A stretch of 64,000 nt of DNA, taken from contig CAXXFV010000023.1 of NCBI GenBank assembly GCA_963674595.2, forward strand, positions 864,001 through 928,000. Reading direction: 5' to 3'. The notes beneath the pieces are model-generated. The model had not been told where the DNA came from. It saw only the letters and a list, made by a program, of their open reading frames with translations, and did not search any database. Position numbers and translations under genes: made by a program. Origin of the DNA: a bacterium. GTDB taxonomy: Bacteria; Zhuqueibacterota; Zhuqueibacteria; Residuimicrobiales; Krinioviventaceae. Shown in pieces: positions 50,084 to 60,481 of the stretch. Every line of letters begins with the position of its first letter. Within the stretch, counting starts at the first letter, position 1.

Positions 50084-52453
50084 ATGAGAAACATCATGCA
50101 AAAAAGGCTCTGGATGGTATTAGTCTTATTATTCTTTTTCTCCATCACTCCCCTGCAGGCCCAGGTCAAATGGCTCACATCGTTCGAAGAGGCCAAAGAG
50201 ATCGCGACCAGGGATAACAAATTCATTGTCATTGATATCTCTGCCTCCTGGTGTGGTCCCTGCCGAAAGATGGCTCGTGAGGTTTATCCGGATCCGGATT
50301 TCATAGCCTTCACTGAAAAAAATGTATTCATGCTCGTCGATGCCGAAGAGGACAATGAAGGAATTGTCCTGGCCCGGAAATTCAAGGTTCACTCCTTCCC
50401 CACCATCCTGGTTCTTAATTCAAGGGGAGAGGAAATCGACAGGCTATCCGGCGGAAGAGATACAGAGACGCTGATTGAAGATCTTCAAAATATCTTCACC
50501 TATAGTATCCCCAGAAAAGAATTAAACCGGAAAGCTGATAGAAACTTCAGCGATTTTGAATTACAGAAGGTCGCAGGATTTCGCGCTTTTGACCGCCATG
50601 ATTTCAAACAGGCTGAGAGGTATTTGAGTAGAGCTGCCAAGCTTGCTGTTGAGGATGATCCGGGAACCCTTTTCTCAATTTACATGTTTCTAAGCCAATG
50701 CCAGTTCAAAGAAGAGCATTTTGAAGAGTGTATAGACAGCCTGGAGAAGATGGAGAAACTATTACCGCTATCCGCTGAGGTCAACTATGTTGCTCTTCTC
50801 AAGGCCAAGGCGTTGGCAAATCTGGAAAGGTATGATGAAGCTTTTGCCATATTAGGGGAATTCATCAAATCCCCCGAGATGAAGAACCTTGCAGATGTCC
50901 GTGAAGTCCTGAAAAAACTGCCGGAGGAATATCGAAAAGATCAGGAAACCGTCGAAAAGCAGAACAAAAAAGCAGCAGAGCTGGCCGAGAAAAACAAGCT
51001 TCAAGAAGCTGAAATCCTTGTAAACAATTCACTGGAACTGGATCCTGAAAACATCGATTCACTGCTCATCAGTGCCGGGGTCCAAATCGTAATCGCCAGC
51101 CGGAATCAAGAAGATCCTGAATCGCCAAAACGGGTAGAAACAGCTTTAAGACAGGCCCGTATGGCCATACGGCTGGCCCCTGGTGATTTTTCTGTCTACA
51201 ACAAAGCAAAAAGCCTGCATATTTATTCCCCTGCCGGATATATTTTGCCCAAAAATCCCGAGGCGGTAAAGGAGTTCAATAAAGCCGAACAGGATTTTGC
51301 CAAGGCCAGATATGAAAATGCAGTAAGACATTACCTGAAAGTAATGGAGCTGGAACCCATGTTCAGCTACACCTATCTTCATCTAGGAGACTGCTTCTTC
51401 GCGAACAAGCAGCTGGAGCAGGCCCTGAAACTATATGAACAGGCCATTGCCCTGTCTCCGCTTAATCCAGCAGGCTACCGGTATGCGGCTGATACATGTG
51501 CCAAACTCGGCCAACCTGAGAAATGCAGGGAATACCTGATCGAATCTGTAAAGGCCGATCCTTCTTACCCCACAACCTGGCAGTACATGAACAATTCCAA
51601 GTATGGAAAAAACGGGATCGAAAGACACTATCACTTAATTCCTACCAAGCTTCTCCTCTGCCGAAGCGAAGATGACTACGAATCCCTGCTGAGTGACTTG
51701 CCCTCCCGGACTCTCCCGGCCTGGCGGGCTTACATCAACAAGAAACTCAGCTATGAGAACCGGGAACGAAAACCCGGAATAATCCACTGGCCATCAGCCG
51801 GAGGGGAGCTGGAATGCCTCAGGGAACTGGTAGCCACATGGAGTGCCCTTAAGCTGGAAATCTGGGACCTGCACGATGCCGATCTGGATTTCATCCGCCA
51901 GGTTTCAATTGATGGTCACCTGGACACGTTTGTCTTCCTTGAGCTCTACACCGAAACATACAGGCCTGAATTTGAGCTGTGGAAAAAAAAGAATGGGCGC
52001 AAAATCAACGAATACCTGGAAAATTACATCTTTGATATCCCCCTGTACTCACTGAAGTCCGGACAGAATACCTCTGCCGTAAAAGCTTACAACAAAGGGG
52101 TTGACCTTCTTTCTTCAGATTCGGCAGCTGCTATAGCAGAATTCCAGAAAGCCCTGTGGCAGGATCCGTATATGACCCCGGCAATGCAGAATTTAAGCGT
52201 TTTGCTGGCCAATGCTGAACAATATCAAGAAGCCATGGAAGTCGCGGAAAGATGGCACCAGGCCTACCCGGATTCGCTGGATGCCGTGAACCAACTCTCC
52301 TATATATATCTAAAACTGGAAGAATTTGAGAAGGCTATCACGTTGATCGAAGAGACATTACGTGATGATGCCGTGAAGAAACCGACTTCCCCGGATTTGA
52401 TCAGCAATCTGGAACAGATGCTCCAATTCTGCAAGCAAAGGCTATTACTATAA
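50084..52453 (+). CDS. Exported thioredoxin-domain + TPR protein
   Basis: Signal peptide, WCGPC, FPT cis-Pro loop, many TPRs. Confidence 0.85.
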   Translation: MRNIMQKRLWMVLVLLFFFSITPLQAQVKWLTSFEEAKEIATRDNKFIVIDISASWCGPCRKMAREVYPDPDFIAFTEKNVFMLVDAEEDNEGIVLARKFKVHSFPTILVLNSRGEEIDRLSGGRDTETLIEDLQNIFTYSIPRKELNRKADRNFSDFELQKVAGFRAFDRHDFKQAERYLSRAAKLAVEDDPGTLFSIYMFLSQCQFKEEHFEECIDSLEKMEKLLPLSAEVNYVALLKAKALANLERYDEAFAILGEFIKSPEMKNLADVREVLKKLPEEYRKDQETVEKQNKKAAELAEKNKLQEAEILVNNSLELDPENIDSLLISAGVQIVIASRNQEDPESPKRVETALRQARMAIRLAPGDFSVYNKAKSLHIYSPAGYILPKNPEAVKEFNKAEQDFAKARYENAVRHYLKVMELEPMFSYTYLHLGDCFFANKQLEQALKLYEQAIALSPLNPAGYRYAADTCAKLGQPEKCREYLIESVKADPSYPTTWQYMNNSKYGKNGIERHYHLIPTKLLLCRSEDDYESLLSDLPSRTLPAWRAYINKKLSYENRERKPGIIHWPSAGGELECLRELVATWSALKLEIWDLHDADLDFIRQVSIDGHLDTFVFLELYTETYRPEFELWKKKNGRKINEYLENYIFDIPLYSLKSGQNTSAVKAYNKGVDLLSSDSAAAIAEFQKALWQDPYMTPAMQNLSVLLANAEQYQEAMEVAERWHQAYPDSLDAVNQLSYIYLKLEEFEKAITLIEETLRDDAVKKPTSPDLISNLEQMLQFCKQRLLL

Positions 52454-52945
52454 TCAGATAAACTTCCCCATCAGGATTATATTGTCGTACACTCCATTGA
52501 GCTTTCGCCCCTTGATCCTCTTTCCCTCGATGTTGAAACCTGCTTTTTTGTATAAATTCACAGCAGGCAGATTGGACTCAAAAACCTCAAGGTCCACTCT
52601 TTCGATCCTGTTAATTTGCCGGGCATGTTGTATAGTGACCTCAAGAAGCCGCGCGCCAATGCCCCTTCCTCTCCATGCCTTCAGGACCCCCATAGCCAGT
52701 ATTCCCGTGTGCCTCATCCCTTCATGGCCGCGGGGGAGGATATCACACCACCCGATCACCAGGTCCCCTTCCAACGCGTAATACTGGGCCAGGTTTCCCT
52801 CAACAATTGTCTTCACAAATTCCCGGGTGGATTCAAGCGGAAAACCGGTTGTGGCAGCCAGGTATTTCCTTTCCCTGGCCACGGTTTCTACAGCCCGGCC
52901 AAAGGATTTCACATATTTAATTGAAGCCTGCTGAATAATCATCAA
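52454..52945 (-). CDS. GNAT family N-acetyltransferase
   Basis: WRGRGIG, LEVFESNLPA.NLYKKAGF. Confidence 0.92.
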   Translation of the reverse strand: MMIIQQASIKYVKSFGRAVETVARERKYLAATTGFPLESTREFVKTIVEGNLAQYYALEGDLVIGWCDILPRGHEGMRHTGILAMGVLKAWRGRGIGARLLEVTIQHARQINRIERVDLEVFESNLPAVNLYKKAGFNIEGKRIKGRKLNGVYDNIILMGKFI

Positions 52946-53196
52946 TCAGTTCCCTTCAAATAAAGATTAACAAGGTTTCAAATAATTTCACTAAAAAATC
53001 CCGGAAGTCGATTCAGAAGCTCCTGTCTTGTGCCGATATCTTTACAAATCTTCACAGAGTTTCTCGCCATTAATGTAATACTTCCACGTCAATTCCCGTC
53101 TATAGAAAATAAGAGGAGCATACCTTATTTAAAAAACTTCAAAAATTAAAAACAAGCCTGGATAACGATCATTCCCACATTTTGTAAGGAGACAAG

Positions 53197-54084
53197 ATGA
53201 GAAGATTAAAAAAATCTATTTTAGTAACGGTTTCATTTGCTTTACTTTCATCTGTATTTTTCCAGCCCGTACAGGCCAGACCAAAGGTTAAATGCACCGC
53301 AAAAACCGCGGTGATTACGATCGATGGAATCAATCAGGAATGGGAGGGTTCATTAGAAGTAATCGAGGATGAAAACCTGGCCCTGAATGTAATGAGGGAT
53401 GAACAATTCCTGTACCTCGGTGTTCTTTTCAGCGGCTCCGACCAGCAGAGGCAGGCCATGATCCAGGGATTGACCGTCTGGTTCGACACCGATGGAGGCA
53501 AGGATGAAGATTTCGGAATCAGGTTCCCCAAGGGGCTTATGGATTCCGACTATATGCAGGAAAACGCCGGAGACGGCAGACCTGACCCCGAAGAGATGGT
53601 TCGGGCTGCTGAAGAACAACTGGTCGAAGCCGACTACTTCATGATCCTTGGACCGAAAAAAGAACAACAAACCCCGGTTGAATTTATGGATGCTGCTGAT
53701 GTTAATGTCCGGGCCACCCTGGAAGAAGGAGTTCTGTTTTACGAACTCAAGATCCCCTTGGCGCGAACCGAGGCACAGCCATTCGGAATTGGTGTCCGTG
53801 AAGGCAAAAAACTGGGTATCGGTTTCACAACTCCCAAGATGGAGAGCCGTCGTCCGCAAATGAGCGGCGGCATGAGCGACCGCGGCGGTATGGGCGGCGG
53901 TATGTCAGGCGGTATGGGCGGCGGTATGTCAGGCGGCATGGGCGGTGGTATGTCAGGCGGCCGTGGCGGCGGTATGGGCGGCGGCCGTGGCGGTAGAGGC
54001 GGAGGAATGGACCGCCCCGAAATGCCGGAGAGACTCAATCTCTGGATACAGGTTGAGGATATCGACAAGGCGCTGGAGAATTAA
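53197..54084 (+). CDS. Secreted hypothetical protein with Gly/Met-rich C-terminal tract
   Basis: Signal peptide, IDG..EW, LFYELKIPL; AAGGAG RBS. Confidence 0.75.
   Translation: MRRLKKSILVTVSFALLSSVFFQPVQARPKVKCTAKTAVITIDGINQEWEGSLEVIEDENLALNVMRDEQFLYLGVLFSGSDQQRQAMIQGLTVWFDTDGGKDEDFGIRFPKGLMDSDYMQENAGDGRPDPEEMVRAAEEQLVEADYFMILGPKKEQQTPVEFMDAADVNVRATLEEGVLFYELKIPLARTEAQPFGIGVREGKKLGIGFTTPKMESRRPQMSGGMSDRGGMGGGMSGGMGGGMSGGMGGGMSGGRGGGMGGGRGGRGGGMDRPEMPERLNLWIQVEDIDKALEN
53884..53997 (+). repeat. Coding tandem repeat (24 bp unit, GGMGGGMS x3, plus degenerate copies)
   Basis: GGCGGTATGGGCGGCGGTATGTCA repeated. Confidence 0.85.
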
Positions 54085-54271
54085 CCGTATCCCTTCTAAA
54101 CAAACAGCAGAAACAAAATCTAATCCTTCCGTGTTGTAACACGGGAGGATTAGCCGATTCCTCCACAAAAAACAGCATGGGGATAATTCTTCGATAAGAA
54201 CTCTGAAGTTGGATTTCGGATATAAGATGTGAGATGTTCGAACTGAACTTCACAAATCACCTATTTAACAT

Positions 54272-54390
54272 CTAACTTGAAACTTGGGATGGTTCAGGAA
54301 GAGCGATAATCTGGCAACTCATTTGTTTTGCTATATTTTTCAGGCAGGAGAAGTGTTTTATTGGAACCTTTATTCAAACGCCGGAGGCGT
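54272..54390. repeat. ~120 bp imperfect direct repeat, second copy at about 55257-55375, bracketing transposase copy 2
   Basis: CTAACTTGAAACTTGGG...TTTTTCAGGCAGGAGAAGTGTTTT.TTGGAACCTTTATTCAA.CGC.GGAGGCGT in both. Confidence 0.8.
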
Positions 54391-55125
54391 GGCCTCTAAT
54401 AGCCCCAGGTGGATCCCGGGCCGAAGGCTCGGGAGAACCTGGGGTTTAGATTCATAACAACACAACCCAAGCCCTGGAAGGGCGGCAGAAGAGCCAGCAA
54501 TATCAGCCCTTCAAGTATCTCTCATCATATGGAATTCTGTGTTTATCGAGAAATTGTTTTAATTCTTCCTCAAAATTTATCTTTTTGTGATGATAGCGCT
54601 GATTCGTGATGTAGTTTTGCACCTGATCGACCTTTGAATTGCTAACCGAAAATGCCGCATAACCATTCTGCCAGGCGAAGCCTCTTTTAACCCGGATATT
54701 TTTCCTCACCCAGTTTGTTGACGATGATTTAATTTTCCTGACAACTTCAGGGATAGTCAGGTTTTTGCTAATTGATGTCAATAAAAGGATATGCTCAGGT
54801 ATACCTCCGGCAGTAAGTAATTTACAGTCGATCCTTTTCAAGATGCCTCCAATATAGTAATAAAGGTCTTTCTCCCATGATGTACCGATCCAGTTATCTC
54901 TGGATTTTGTACTGAAAATTACGTGTTGTAGATTCTGCGTAAAAGACTGAGTCATTGATCCCCTCTTACTCAACAACGTATGAGGTGAGGAAATAACGAT
55001 ATTTCGGAGAATCATGTCGCTCTTCCAGAGCTGGAAAAGGTTGGGAGGTATCTCCATACCCCAGGCTCCTCCGAACCTTCGGTTCGTCGTCAACTGGGGC
55101 TATTAGCGGACACGCCTCCGGCGTT
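54377..55125 (-). mobile_element. IS200/IS605-like (RAYT-type) element, copy 2, with both ~110 bp imperfect inverted palindromic ends
   Basis: AACGCCGGAGGCGTG at 54377 and CACGCCTCCGGCGTT ending at 55125. Confidence 0.85.
54503..54955 (-). CDS. tnpA: IS200/IS605 family Y1 transposase with HUH motif changed to HIL; probably inactive
   Basis: GIPEHILLL versus GIPDHIHLL in copy 1. Confidence 0.88.
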   Translation of the reverse strand: MTQSFTQNLQHVIFSTKSRDNWIGTSWEKDLYYYIGGILKRIDCKLLTAGGIPEHILLLTSISKNLTIPEVVRKIKSSSTNWVRKNIRVKRGFAWQNGYAAFSVSNSKVDQVQNYITNQRYHHKKINFEEELKQFLDKHRIPYDERYLKG

Positions 55126-55729
55126 ATATGCCGGGTCCGAAATCCAAATGATGAAGATAGTCAAAATCGGTCCCTGGCCGCGTAAATATCCTTGGTCCGG
55201 ACTTTTCACTCCCCATAGTTTCTCCCCTGCATGACCCGGTGAGGCCGGAGGCCGGACTAACTTGAAACTTGGGTAGTTTCAGAAAAAGCCATTAGTCAGC
55301 AACTCATCTGGTTTGCTGCATTTTTCAGGCAGGAGAAGTGTTTTGTTGGAACCTTTATTCAAGCGCAGGAGGCGTTAGTTGCCGATTCCGGATTCTAAAT
55401 AACGATGATTACAACATCAGGTCCTCTGACCTCACATCTATCCCGGGGTAAATTCTTCTTTCCCCCAAGTTTCTTCCCTGCATGATCCGCCCATGGCGAC
55501 GGCTGGACTCAGTTCTTTCCTGAAAATCAACCATCCCACCTGAACCTCCTGCTGTATCACCCAACTTCGCACTTCCCCAAGTGCCCTTTCTCCGTCAAAC
55601 CCATGGAGTTTTTGCCTGCTCTCAAATAGAATGTATGAATTCAGGTGACCGGAATTAATGATTCCAGGCATAACGAGAACCGGCCGTATTCACAGGAATG
55701 AATTGCCTGGATCCAAGGAGGGGAGACCC

Positions 55730-57189
55730 ATGAAGATTAAACTATTCTTGATGCTGACATTATCCATTTCCCTTAACGCTATCGCCACACCTCTCCAGCT
55801 GCACCCGGAGAATCCCCACTACTTCAGCTATCAGGGGAAGCCGCTGGTCCTCATCGGCTCCGGCGAACACTATGGAGCTGTGCTAAACCTTGATTTCGAT
55901 TACTCGGTCTACCTGGAAACCATGGAGAGAGAGGGGCAGAACCTCACCCGGCTGTTTGTTGGATCCTATGTGGAAAAACCCGGGGCCTTCGGAATTGAGA
56001 AGAACACCCTGGCTCCGGCTGAAAACCGCTTTCAGCCTCCCTGGGCGCGAAGCGATGTTCCCGGATACGCCAATGGTGGAAACAAGTTCGACCTGGACCG
56101 ATGGAATCCTGACTACTTCGAGAGACTGAAAAATTTTATCGGGAAGGCTTCCGATCACGGAATATTCGTAGAAGTGGTTTTGTTTTCGTCCATCTATGGG
56201 GGGGATAACTGGGGTTACAATCCTTTCCATCCGGCAAATAACATCAATGGAATCGAACTGGATAACCGAAAAAACTGTAACACTCTCAATAACGGAAAAA
56301 TCCTGTCATACCAGGAAAAAATGGTCCGGAAGATTGTCAGGGAATTAAATCACTTCGACAATATATATTTTGAAATCCAGAATGAACCCTGGCCCGACAA
56401 CCCGATCCGGCCGGTGTGATCCTGGAGCACCTGCTCGATGATGAGCTTCCCACTCCCTGGCAGAATGATGTAGTGCTGGCCAGCAACGCATCTTTGGAGT
56501 GGCAGGCGAAAATCGCGGAATTTATTGTTGACGAGGAAAAAAACCTGGGAAGCAAGCATCTCATTGCCCAGAACTACTGCAATTTCCTGCACCCCCTGCG
56601 GGATGTGGATGAAAACATTTCAATACTCAATTTTCATTACGCGATCCCCCAAAGCGTTGATCTCAACCTGGGCTGGAATCGCCCTATTGCCCTGGACGAA
56701 ACCGGATTCGCCGGTCCCGGGCCCGATGTCTACCGTCGCCAGGCCTGGAGGTTTATCATGTCCGGCGGCGCGGTGTTCAACGGACTGGATTATTCATTTT
56801 ATCCCGGATTCGAAAATGGGACTGGAAAACTGACCGGCCCTGGAGGGGGAGGCCCCGAACTCCGACGGGAACTCGCCGTCTTAAACCAATTTACCGGGAG
56901 ATTTGACCTGTCAAAAATGCGGCCCGACAAAACAACAGTTATTCATAGCCCTGGATTATTTGTATACCTCTTATCCCGGCCCGGTGAACATTATGCCGCC
57001 TACCTGGAAGGAGAAGGACCCGCCAAACTTGTCTTAAATATTCCCGCGGGTGAATACACAGTCCAATGGATAGAAACAAAAAGCGGCAGGGTTTTAAAGG
57101 AACAACATCTGGAGCATACGACCGAACTGGCTGAAATAGAATCAACCGATTCTGAGGGAGAAATCGCCCTGGATATCCGACGAAATTAG
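55730..57189 (+). CDS. Secreted glycoside-hydrolase-like TIM barrel (DUF6298/GH5-like) with C-terminal beta domain; one frameshift near 56400-56418
   Basis: LHPENPHYF, EHYGAV, NEP, DETG motifs; ORFs 55730-56419 and 56416-57189 join if one base is added. Confidence 0.75.
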
Positions 57190-57329
57190 CAATGCACCGC
57201 TCCTGGTTAATATCAGGATGCAACTGGAACCAGCTAATCCAGTCCGAACAGTTCCAGCGGCTATGTCCCGGTTGACGCCGGGACACAAATTATCTAAGGT
57301 TCTGCGAAAGATTTAGCTTTACTGTTCAA

Positions 57330-58715
57330 ATGACAGGCCGGCTCCCCCCAGGAATTGTGAACCGGGTCTGTCTACGGGAATATGAAATGATTATCCGAGG
57401 CGGAAGATTACGAGCCCTGTCCACGATAGTTGCGCAAAACCGCCTGACAAAAGCCGAAATTCATAATTTTCAAAACAGGCAGCTGCGCAGGCTGGTTACC
57501 CGCGCTTACAGCAAGTCAGATTTCTACCGGCAGCTTTTCAAAAGCCATGGACTCAAACCGGATGACATCAGGACTGTCAAACACCTTCCGCTTATACCCC
57601 TGACTTCCAAGGATGACTTGCGGGGTACTCCCCTTAAAAACGTACTCACCCTATCAGCCAGACCTGACTGCCTAATCAGGCGTAAAACCAGCGGCTCTTC
57701 CGGCAAACCTTTCACAATCTACCGAACCCCTCTTGAGGATCATCTTCTCAACCTTTTTCGTATCAGGGTGCGCCAGGGCTACGGGATGCGAATTTCAGAC
57801 AATATAGCAACGATCAGGGAATTAAGACTGGTACAAGACAAGTTCAGTATTTTGACCTCGGTGAAAAAAGCCCTCAATCTTTACACAACCACAATAATTG
57901 ACTGCTACAGTGACGACAGCGAAATCATATCCTCGCTTGAATCGATACAGCCTCAAATCATCACAGGATATCCAAGTACCCTGGCCCGGATTGGCTCCAT
58001 ATTTGAAAACCGAAGAAGGATTGGTATCAGTCCCCGTTTTGTTACCACGGGCGGGGGAGTTATGACTGCTGCCATGCGTCGGAGAATCGAGGATGGTTTC
58101 CAGGTCCCGGTTTTTGATTTATATGGTTCCCATGAATTCAACATCCTGGCTTGGGAATGCCCTGATCATCACGGATATCATGTCAGTGAAAACAATGTGA
58201 TCCTGGAAATCCTCAAGGATGGCCAGCCTGCAGGGCCGGGAGAATCAGGAGAAGTAGTTGCCACAGGCCTCCATACCCTTGCCATGCCATTCATTCGCTA
58301 CCAGACCGGTGATATCGCCACCAGGGGGCACGAAAACTGTCTCTGCGGCTCATCATTTTCTACCATTGAAAACATCCAGGGCAGGACCATTGATTATTTC
58401 AAATTGGCCGGGGGCAAGGTAATGCATCCTTACGAGATAACCGCTCACCTGATAGGCGCGGAGAATTCCTGGATCAGCCAGCACCAGATGGTACAGGAAA
58501 CCGAAACCGACATCGTTCTGAAAATTAGACCTTGCCTGATTCCTGGGAATGATGATCTGGTCCGGCTACAGCATCTGGGGCAGGAAAAGCTGGGCCGAAA
58601 CATCGTATTCAGGGTTGAGCTGGTAAACGATTTCAAGCATCAGGCTGGTCAAAAATTCAATCCGTATATCAGCCTGGTTAACCAAAATGCGGTTCGAAAG
58701 GATTCAGAAGGCTAA
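57330..58715 (+). CDS. Phenylacetate-CoA ligase/CapK-like adenylate-forming enzyme
   Basis: TSGSSGKP, GYPS, YGSHE, PFIRYQTGD, GR. Confidence 0.88.
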   Translation: MTGRLPPGIVNRVCLREYEMIIRGGRLRALSTIVAQNRLTKAEIHNFQNRQLRRLVTRAYSKSDFYRQLFKSHGLKPDDIRTVKHLPLIPLTSKDDLRGTPLKNVLTLSARPDCLIRRKTSGSSGKPFTIYRTPLEDHLLNLFRIRVRQGYGMRISDNIATIRELRLVQDKFSILTSVKKALNLYTTTIIDCYSDDSEIISSLESIQPQIITGYPSTLARIGSIFENRRRIGISPRFVTTGGGVMTAAMRRRIEDGFQVPVFDLYGSHEFNILAWECPDHHGYHVSENNVILEILKDGQPAGPGESGEVVATGLHTLAMPFIRYQTGDIATRGHENCLCGSSFSTIENIQGRTIDYFKLAGGKVMHPYEITAHLIGAENSWISQHQMVQETETDIVLKIRPCLIPGNDDLVRLQHLGQEKLGRNIVFRVELVNDFKHQAGQKFNPYISLVNQNAVRKDSEG

Positions 58716-58717
58716 TC

Positions 58718-59728
58718 ATGGCACCTCCCGGCATAAGAAAAAAATCACACAACTGGCTAAGCGAACATTCAGCTAAACCGCCTGTACTTATAATCCATGA
58801 TCCGGTTGAAGCCGGGGCTTTGGGCCTTATGCCGGACAACAGACCCCTCTCTGACCTGGAGGACATTTTCCTGTTCAGAGAAAAACCGAATATCAATGAA
58901 TACTCCAGACAGCACAGGGTCTTTTCAGAGACACTGCGCAGCCACGCGGAAGCGGTGATCTACCTCAAGCATCTTGTTGGCGATGAGGCATCTTTCAGCC
59001 AGGCAGCCGATAATCCGAACCAGGTCTTTACCCGTGATTCAGTGATCACCTTTCCCTGGATGCCCGATTTCTATATTCCGGCGAGAATGAAAAAACAGCT
59101 GCGGCATCCTGAAGTAGCTGCCATGCAATCAGCTTTAGAAAAGCTGGGCCTGCGTAAACTTATAGAGCTTCCAGAGGAGATGGTCCTGGAAGGGGGAGAT
59201 GTTATTCCGTTTTCAGCGGAAGGGGAAAGAGCTTTGTTGATCGGATATGGACCGAGAACCAGTATAGAATCCATCCGTTTCCTGGCCGACAACCTGATAC
59301 CGGAACACCTGGACCAAATCATCGGAATTGAACTCGCCGGATGGAGAATGAATCTGGACGGAGGCCTGGTGCCGGTTACTGAGGACGTTGTTTTATCAGA
59401 CACTCAAAGCATAGCCAGCTCATTTATCCTGGATCAAAACGGCCGCGGGAAACTTGATATCTTCGGACTCTTCAATGACCTGAAAATTACAGTCATAGAG
59501 GTTTCCCGGGAGGAATCAGTCTATTCCCAGGCCTGCAACTGCGTGTGCCTGGGAGAAAGAAAAATTATCTACTATGATCTCTGCCCCAGGGTAAGCGAAA
59601 TCCTGCGGGAGAAAGGAATCGCGGTCATTCACGTACCCGGATCTGAACTGGTAAAGGGCCGGGGCGGCCCTCGCTGCATGACCAGGCCGGTCTATGCTGA
59701 ACCTTCTTTTTCCCAGGCTGGTGAGTAG
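58718..59728 (+). CDS. Amidinotransferase/arginine deiminase (pentein) family protein
   Basis: FTRD, LEGGD, MNLD, GGPRCMT; starts 2 bp after the upstream stop. Confidence 0.88.
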   Translation: MAPPGIRKKSHNWLSEHSAKPPVLIIHDPVEAGALGLMPDNRPLSDLEDIFLFREKPNINEYSRQHRVFSETLRSHAEAVIYLKHLVGDEASFSQAADNPNQVFTRDSVITFPWMPDFYIPARMKKQLRHPEVAAMQSALEKLGLRKLIELPEEMVLEGGDVIPFSAEGERALLIGYGPRTSIESIRFLADNLIPEHLDQIIGIELAGWRMNLDGGLVPVTEDVVLSDTQSIASSFILDQNGRGKLDIFGLFNDLKITVIEVSREESVYSQACNCVCLGERKIIYYDLCPRVSEILREKGIAVIHVPGSELVKGRGGPRCMTRPVYAEPSFSQAGE

Positions 59729-59773
59729 GAATATGGGAATAAAAAACCAGGCTTCTTGCGTTTGCGTTAGAAT

Positions 59774-60481
59774 TCAGATCCTCACTCTTCGATTGGGTTT
59801 AAGACTCTTCAGGTATTCTCTTGCCTTTGGACCACAATTGAAAAGCAGATCGAGTACGGACAGGTTTCCGTCGTATGATCCCCAGAGTTGAGGATACTGC
59901 TTGTAATCATAATTTTTGAATTCAAGTTCTATTCCCTGGCTGTTAAATAGTTCCGCATCGGTATATGGTTCGGCCGTCGGACCTGATAAATAAGAACTCG
60001 CTCCAACTTCTTCAAGAATTCTCAGGGGGCGACTGCTCTTACATCCTTGAGAAGAGAATTCAGAGGCATAAACAATTCGGGTTTCAATCTTCAGCTTGCC
60101 CATTAACCAAATGATAAGGCAAACATTCAATGATGATAACTCTGCCCCTGAGGTATTGATAATCTCCCGAAATTCGGGGAAGTAGTCATCAAAATAGGGG
60201 CTTTGTCGATAATTCTCAGTAAGCAGGCTGCAATGGCGCCCAGCCCAGTCGACACTTCGGTCGATTTTCACCTCACTGATCAGCTTGTGTTTTCTTCCAT
60301 GGATCAGCGGAACCGTCAACCACCGGGTTCCGTGCCTGGTTTTGATTCTGTTCCTGTTACGCCACTTCCTCCCCTGGCCGAACTCGACATCATCATAGAT
60401 AATAAAAAGGTCCACGTCGTCAATCAGATCAAAATAACCCCGCCAGGGAATGTAGTTGGACTGTATCATTCCGACCTTCAT
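59774..60481 (-). CDS. WbqC family protein (second paralog)
   Basis: IQSNYIPWRGYFD, WRNRNRIKT, YLSGP, SVLDLLFNCG. Confidence 0.9.
   Translation of the reverse strand: MKVGMIQSNYIPWRGYFDLIDDVDLFIIYDDVEFGQGRKWRNRNRIKTRHGTRWLTVPLIHGRKHKLISEVKIDRSVDWAGRHCSLLTENYRQSPYFDDYFPEFREIINTSGAELSSLNVCLIIWLMGKLKIETRIVYASEFSSQGCKSSRPLRILEEVGASSYLSGPTAEPYTDAELFNSQGIELEFKNYDYKQYPQLWGSYDGNLSVLDLLFNCGPKAREYLKSLKPNRRVRI

Noticed and set aside
53884-53997. CRISPR-like repeat
   Set aside because: No spacers; it is an in-frame Gly/Met coding repeat. No cas genes are in the window.
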